This document shows, in pieces, positions 56,261-64,000 of a stretch of DNA of 64,000 nucleotides (the stretch's first letter is position 1; the number at the start of each line of letters is the position of its first letter). The stretch lies in assembly GCA_964016885.1 (NCBI GenBank), contig OZ024742.1, forward strand, positions 259,594,001 through 259,658,000. Reading direction: 5' to 3'. The notes below the pieces were generated by a model. The model had not been told where the DNA came from, ran no database searches, and saw nothing but the letters and a program-made list of their open reading frames with translations. The DNA is from Eledone cirrhosa (taxonomy: Eukaryota). The translations under genes and the position numbers were made by a program.

Positions 56261-56449
56261 AACATTATGTGCAATAATGATTTCTTGTTGGCCACTAGGG
56301 CCGCCATAACAAGGCCAGAGTCAAACCTCATCACAGAACACTTTATATTTTTGTTTTCACCTTCTCACCTTGTCACTCTCTCTCTTATTCAATATTTGAC
56401 CTTGTGTTTAGTCATACGGAATTATACTCTCAGTGATTTATATGTACAT

Positions 56450-57304
56450 TGTTCATCACCATCAACATTATCACAATTATTATCCTTTCATCATCATCAC
56501 CATCATTTTCATCATCACCATCGTCATCCTCATCATCATCATCATCATTATCATCATCATTTTCATTGCCATAAACATCATCATCATCAACATCATCATC
56601 AACATCATCATCAACATCATCATCATCATCACCATATACACCAAGTTCGAAAGGCTCATTCACTTGTAGATAGTCAAACCCCTTCGTGTCATTACACCTC
56701 ACATCGCCACCTGCTGTACCCACTTCTCACTTCACCACACCTCACATCATCACCCCTGACACTACTATGATTGTTTATCATCATAACACCAAAGTGTGTT
56801 TGTTGTTGTTGCTGTTGTTGTTTTGTTATCTATCACCTACTATTCTTCCCCATTGTTTCCAGCGACACCATCACTACCAACGATACCAACATCATCCCCA
56901 CCACCACTCGCACCACCAGTGACACCATCACTACCAACAACACCAACGTCAACTATCATCATCATAATCATCATCATCAACAACATCATTCCACCACTAC
57001 CACCACCACCATGACTATCAGTTACACCAATAACATTATCATCAACACAACAACATCCACCCCAACAATACCAACAACATCAACACCAACAATATCAACA
57101 AAATCAACAACAACTACATCACCAATACCAATGTTATCAACAACAAAAACAACATCATCACCACCACTATCACCACTTCTAAGAACATCACTAATATAAC
57201 ATCACAGCTAACAACAACAATATCACCAACAACATTATCATCATCATTACCAAATAACAATATCACAACCAACAACAAAAACATCATCACCACCCGCCAC
57301 CACT
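56450..57304. repeat. Degenerate (CAT)n/(CAA)n/(CAC)n low-complexity tract
   Basis: Directly visible. Confidence 0.85.
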
Positions 57305-57492
57305 AATAATTGTTTCTACTTTTGGCACAAGGCCAGCAATTACCCAGTACATTACTGGTAGTTTTTTTATCGACCCCGTAAGGATGAAAGGCAAAGTTAA
57401 CCTCGACGGGACTTGAACTCAAACCGTAAAGGGACGTACACGTAACTATGCTAGAAAGCATGGCGTCCAACTCTCTACCAATACTGCCAAAC
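57305..57492 (-). mobile_element. CORE-SINE
   Basis: Close match to the other copies. Confidence 0.9.
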
Positions 57493-59139
57493 CACTAACA
57501 CTAACAAGTATAAATAACACCTTACAACATCATTACAAGGATAGTTTCCCATATATTTCGATGGTCTTCACACAAATCTAACGAACGAGTAAAATAGCAA
57601 AACAACTGGAAATACTATTTCTATGTTTGTCTGTCAGCGATGAAATGATGAATCGTTAGATCTCTGTCACTGCTTGCTTTCAACTATAAAGCTTAATGCT
57701 TTGATCTCTCAGCCTCGCCGCATCCATTCAATGTCACTTACTGATATATTCTACCCTTTGATAAATCGCTTACTTATCTTTCTGGTAGCCATTTTGTGTT
57801 AAGCCATTCTGGTTGACTAATGACCAAACAGATAGGCTGTCACGTGACTGCTTAGATTTTCTAGTTAAATCCATTAGGTAGTTTGAAAATACTTCACTGT
57901 AACATTACTTGACAATATAGATAGAAAAGGTAGTATCATACGTTACTTGGAGTTATAGGTTTGCTAGATAGATTATATTCATCGTTGTGACAATTTAGAA
58001 TGCAGTTTACCTACAGCATTGACTGACTCCATAATATTACTGGTACTTATATTAGAATGGAGCTTGCTGGATTACGGGATTCGACACAAAAACGTATAAA
58101 CTTATGTTCGATTCCTAACGACGCGTTGTGTCTGAGCAAAATACTTTATTTCACGTTGCTCAACTAGCAAACTTAAGTTGTACCTGTAATTCAAAGGGTC
58201 AATTTGTCACTCATTATGTTACATTCAATTTCCAACAAGTAGAGCTTGTTTTTGTAGACCTCCGTCTCAATCCCAATCGCAGTAGTTAGGGAGATGGTTC
58301 GGGTTCTCAGGAAACCAGTTAAATCCACCGTTATGAGTTCCACGATATACCCATCAGAAAGCGGCCGACATCTTGCCTGGGTTTCACAATATTTATTTTA
58401 AAAATTTCACATTTAAACGCTAGTGTGCATTCCATGCTACTGCCAGATAACAATGTTAGATTACAAAGAAACATTTATGTTCTTTTAACAGAAAATTGTT
58501 GTAAAGATAAATATTCTTCGTAGAAAAACTTATAAAACTAAACAACAATTTAGGCTTTAAAAGTACATGAAATTTTTAAAGACTTTTTAATTTTGTTTGT
58601 TCAGATTCTAATATCTTTTATTATTATATATCGGTCTTTTATTTTCTATTTATTTTTATATCCTCCCCCTCTTCTTTAGATATATCGTTACTTCAATAGA
58701 AGAAAAATACACAAACAATATAAGTGAATATTAATTGTAATGATTTCATCTGTTTTGTTATGATTCTGACAATTGTGTCCGAGTGATTGTGTCTGAGTGA
58801 TAAGAATTACAAACAAAAATATCATTCACAATATTGAAATTAAAATCGAAGGAAGGAGGGAAGGAAGAAACAAAATATAAAACAAAAATGTATTCAGCAT
58901 CATTATTTACTGAACCATATGAATTATTTTTCTTTTTCTAATTGTCTTGAATAATTACACTGTTGTTTCTTCTTTACTTCTTCATTGTTAGCAGAAATAT
59001 TTTTCATTTTTTTAATCATTTTTATTTTAGTTTCAGTTTCCAATAATTATCAAATTTGAACAATTTGATTAATTATTGAAAACTAAAGTCGCTGCTAACT
59101 GAGTCAATAAGATATCGGCCTATTGACCTAATGGCTGAT

Positions 59140-59860
59140 GTGTTGTGTTTCATATTCTCATGTGCCTTCACCATATCTGTGCTGTGTTTATAGCCTAGAC
59201 ACTTTATGGGGTTTTCTTTTGCTATTTCGTACAAGAGAGAAGGGCAATTTTCTTGCCCGGCCCCCGAGCCTGGTTGGGGGAGAGAGGAAGACTGGTAAGA
59301 TATTCACAAACTGGAGACTTTACTCGGATGCTTGCAACAGAGTGGATTTCACTAAAGCCACCCAAATACTAGGTGATGGTTTTAAACCGAGAGACAAATT
59401 ATCATAGGCAGACTAGTCATATGGGTTTTCATGCTGAAAAAAAAGTTCACGAAAAAGTCATAGCTGAGAGTCAAATATGGAAACGAAACGGGAACGCATC
59501 TTTGCTGAATAGTGAAAAGTCACCTCTAACCACCATTAATCTGTTAGTGAATGTCGTCTTAACTAAGCTGTAAAAACACACCTCTGACCATCAGAAAACA
59601 CCAGTCGGTTAGTTAGTGCCACCTTCGCTGAGGAGTGAACATCTCTGATCATCAGCTATCAACAGTCTGTCAGTCAGTATCACCTGAGCTGAGCAATGAA
59701 AACACAACTCTATCTCTCAGAATTCAGCAGGTTGTTAGTGTCATCCATTTTTTCAAAAAGCTAATCTGCTTCTGCACGTTATGGTTAATTCTCAATGTAT
59801 TCTCCTCTCTTGTTATAGAAGCCATCTGTGACTAACTTCGGGTACACATTCCCCATGCCA
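59140..59860 (+). mobile_element. Possible highly degraded Gypsy-like LTR retrotransposon fragment
   Basis: Weak peptide traces only (KGNFLARP, KVIAE..NLLVNV, AICD..HIP) in a relatively GC-rich island. Confidence 0.25.
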
Positions 59861-60140
59861 ATTATAAGTTGACAAATCTATTTATTTTTACTTTATGAGA
59901 CAAAATTAATTTCCTTGTATTTTGTTGTGTGAGGTACTTTTCTATAATCACACTCCACCAGAACAGGTCTTTGAAATAACTCAACGTAGATTTCAAAAAT
60001 GTTCTTATTACGATTCTTATTACGATTATTATTGGATTCAATTAATTTAACTTATATTAAGCTACCTTTCTGATCCGTTTGCCCAGTATAAAGTATATTT
60101 ATCATAAGCCATCCGGCGAAGGGCATATATATATAAATAA

Positions 60141-60179
<39 letters not shown>

Positions 60180-60281
60180 TGGTACTATTAAGTTAGACAT
60201 GGCCTGGGCCGACACAGGCCGAATCCTATGAAATTTATATGTATATGTATGTGTGCGTGTGTATGTGTGTTGTGTGTGTGC

Positions 60282-60321
<40 letters not shown>

Positions 60322-60328
60322 GTATAGA

Positions 60329-60372
<44 letters not shown>

Positions 60373-60432
60373 TACCTATATATATATGTGTGTGTATACA
60401 TATATATATATACATATATATATATGTATGTG

Positions 60433-60476
<44 letters not shown>

Positions 60477-60502
60477 ATTTTAGTCTTGAAATTTATTATT
60501 AT

Positions 60503-60578
<76 letters not shown>

Positions 60579-60604
60579 ATTTTAGTCTTGAAATTTATTA
60601 TTAT

Positions 60605-60664
<60 letters not shown>

Positions 60665-61448
60665 TTTGTGTGTGGGGGAGTGATTGTTTGTGTGTTGTGT
60701 ATGGTAGGCTTAGCATAAAATATAGATAGCTATGGAATGGATTTCAGTGGGTTTCGACTGAAATCTGTTCAATATCGGACTACCCTGCACGTGAAAACAT
60801 CATATACGTGTGACTGAGCATTGGAATTTGTAACCCCACCAAGTTTGCTTGGTGAGAAGGGGCATTGTTGGACACCTTGTGGAATGAAAAACAAAACCTA
60901 CTAACGGTTGAGTGAACTCAAAAGAGTCAGCGGCTCTCCAATAGTGTGTAAAAAACGGTTAGACCGAGCTCGGTAGCAATGTTTGGCAGTGTGTATGGGA
61001 GAAAGATCAATCAGATTTTAAAACTATGGTGGGAAGAACTTCTTAGTAACTTAATTGCCAACGTTTCAAGTTGCCAACATATTTTTCCATGTGATGAAGG
61101 CAGAGGCACCGGGGGTGGTTGCCAACTTCCGAGTAATAGTCGGACAATGGTAGATTGCCGATGATCCCCGACCCTCAGTAATGAGGATGATACGAGAGCA
61201 GACCAAAAAAGCAAGGAAGTAGTAACGAACCCGGGGATAAATGATTTAAATATCAACTCCTTAACCATTAAGCCATGTTACGTTGATAGCAAGCATTATA
61301 GCTATAGGTAAAGAGGTAGGTAGGTGACTGGTAAACCGTAACTGCAAATACTATTTTGGTTTCCACATTCCACTTTTATCATTTCGCTTAACGCCGATAA
61401 TGGACTTTGGATAACGCATGATCAGCCATGGGTATCTCTCATCACAGA

Positions 61449-61502
<54 letters not shown>

Positions 61503-61585
61503 TGCATAAATATATACATATATATATTTGTGTGTGTGTAAATATACATACATGCATATATACATACATATATAAATATACATTT

Positions 61586-61664
<79 letters not shown>

Positions 61665-62024
61665 TGTTTAAATCTATATGTGGGTATGGTTGTGTGTGTG
61701 TGGTATGTGTATGCGTCTGTGCGCTTGTAAGCCTATTATGTATTTCTGTAGTCCTAAAAGCCAAGTGTACGGAGGCAGTGAGAGATTTCACGTGAACTGA
61801 GATCAGATCTCTCTCCAAAAGATTTCTTCATAAAATTTCTCTTTTCTTTAGCTCCTTTCTCTCTCATACAGCTTTCTATGCCTTCCTCTCTCCCTCTCTT
61901 CTCTCTAAAAACTGATTCTTACACTCTCTCTTATACCCTCTCGCTCTATCAGTATAGATATATAGAGTTAGAGATAGAGATATAATATATATATATACAC
62001 GCAAACACAAAGACACACACACAT

Positions 62025-62102
<78 letters not shown>

Positions 62103-62289
62103 GCGCGCGCGCACACACACACACATATATAAATATATATATATATTTAAAGTTAGTTCCAAAACGTATTATCAAAGCATCTTCGAGGACACGTGTGTCA
62201 CCTAATGGATTTTCAACCCCAGTGATGAAGGTTCTGAAAAACGGAAGTTTATATGAAGTTGGCCAATCCTGCGCAAGAATAAATGACTG

Positions 62290-62363
<74 letters not shown>

Positions 62364-62406
62364 TTATATATATGTAAATATATATATTTGTCAATGGTGT
62401 ACTAAA

Positions 62407-62530
<124 letters not shown>

Positions 62531-62568
62531 GGAGAGAGAAATTGTTCCACAACAGTTAGTTCACTATG

Positions 62569-62609
62569 CCGAGAACAATTGTTTCGCCTTATGCGGATCA
62601 TCAGCTCGG
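62569..62609 (-). ncRNA. Hammerhead ribozyme of the 53821 PLE family (fragment 62540-62647)
   Basis: Reverse complement is CCGAG CTGATGA TCCGCATAAGGC GAAA CAATTG TT^CTCGG, with an intact core and palindromic ACAATTGT. Confidence 0.8.
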
Positions 62610-63123
62610 TCTGAGTGAAGTTGTACGGAAAAGGAAAATCAACCGTGTATATATATATATATATATATAGTAGAATAATCGAGTATCGAAAAATCGGCGC
62701 ACGAGTTCACGATAAACAAAATTCGAGATGAGCGGCAGAGGGCTCTATAATTCAAATAAATTAGAGCTATAACTATCGTTAAATACCGTCACACGTAGAA
62801 TATGTCTACAATCAACCAAATAACCGATAAGTTCGATATGGAAGATTCGGGACACTCAGATAAATTATCAATAAATGAATAAATGAAATGAATGTAAAAT
62901 GCATACCCGGACCCACTAGAGAGATGGAATATCTAGCTTCTTGGGTTTCTGTAAATCCTTAAACCGTCATCTATCAGCTCATATAAAAATATAAGACTTA
63001 CATATGGCGGGGGACTGGAGTTACTTTATCAACGAGCTTCGTCCGAATGGATAGAAAGATAAGACCCATGCTAAAAATACGCGCATGGATTTCAGCAAGG
63101 GAGATAACCTTTATATCCGCAAA

Positions 63124-63179
<56 letters not shown>

Positions 63180-64000
63180 GCAATCACTTATTCTGTGAGA
63201 TCTTTTCATTTACATGGCGTAGAATACAGCGGATTTTGCTTTTTTTTAAATACCGCTAATGCCATGTGACTCTAGCACATAAATTTGAAACTGCAATATT
63301 ATTAATTGATGGAAATTCCAGTAAAGCGGCGTTGAATTATGTGTACTGGAATGTAAAACTACATACAAAACACATATATACATATATGTATATAATATAT
63401 ATATACGTATATATATGTGTGTGTATGTGTGTGTGTGTGTGTGTGTTGTATACATGTACGTATGTCTGAAACAATGTACGTATGCACATGTGTACGCAAT
63501 ATTTCATTGTAATAATTTCCTATCTCAGATATTTCAAAAGGCGAGCATTCATAATGATGTGTGATAAATTTTATTTAAGTGTTAGATTATCAGATGAACA
63601 TGGCAAAGAAACGGAATCTGTTTCGTTTCTAGCTGGAAGATTTGACAGCAAAATCAACACATATCTTTTAGAACATAAATTACCAATTTATTATTTACAA
63701 CTCATCAGCTAACGTTAAAACATAGAAACACGAAGGCATACACAGTGTCTGTGCGTGCCTGTTTATACAAATACATACTAATACATATTCTTATATATAC
63801 GCATACAGAATTATAAAACAATACAAACGCATATAATGTATGTGTGAGTATTTGTGTGCGTGTATGATTGGATTATTAGTTTCGTCTACATGTATGTTTG
63901 TGATTGTGTGTGTGTGTGGGTTTGTTAAATCACACACACACACAGTCAGTGTTTAGTGGGTGTAATATTATCCAAACATGTACGTGTATAAGTGTATGTA

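Noticed and set aside
56213-57199. His-rich, Asp-rich and Thr-rich ORFs
   Set aside because: They arise from degenerate (CAT)/(CAA) trinucleotide tracts open in several frames, and the ORF start lies within a SINE.
60473-60660. Repeat-spacer pattern resembling a CRISPR array
   Set aside because: The repeats are variable-length TA microsatellites, the spacers are identical, the context is eukaryotic, and there are no cas genes.

Overview
This is AT-rich, microsatellite-saturated eukaryotic intergenic or intronic DNA. It is most consistent with an octopod cephalopod, inferred from OR-type tRNA/CORE SINEs, RTE/CR1/R4-Dong LINE debris and extreme (TA)n/(CA)n/(GA)n density. No host protein-coding gene is supported, and most listed ORFs are microsatellite artefacts. 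The dominant signal is a dense set of Penelope-like elements (PLEs, GIY-YIG, Naiad-like) and their non-coding derivatives, mostly between (TA)n arrays. It includes four distinct GIY-YIG remnants and about ten families with minimal type-I hammerhead ribozyme motifs that have palindromic stem III. The inserts share a stereotyped asymmetric inverted-repeat layout: tail-less arm, spacer, arm, then a 65-115 bp tail. The most novel-looking observation is a bulged hairpin, RYTC-[3-4 bp stem-loop]-TW-GARY-RC, at the start of the tail. It is shared, with compensatory base changes, by at least seven otherwise unalignable families. Also present are RTE LINEs with twin-priming-type inversions, an RTE with a PHD finger inside its RT, and many SINEs. 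All calls were made by eye, and boundaries are approximate.
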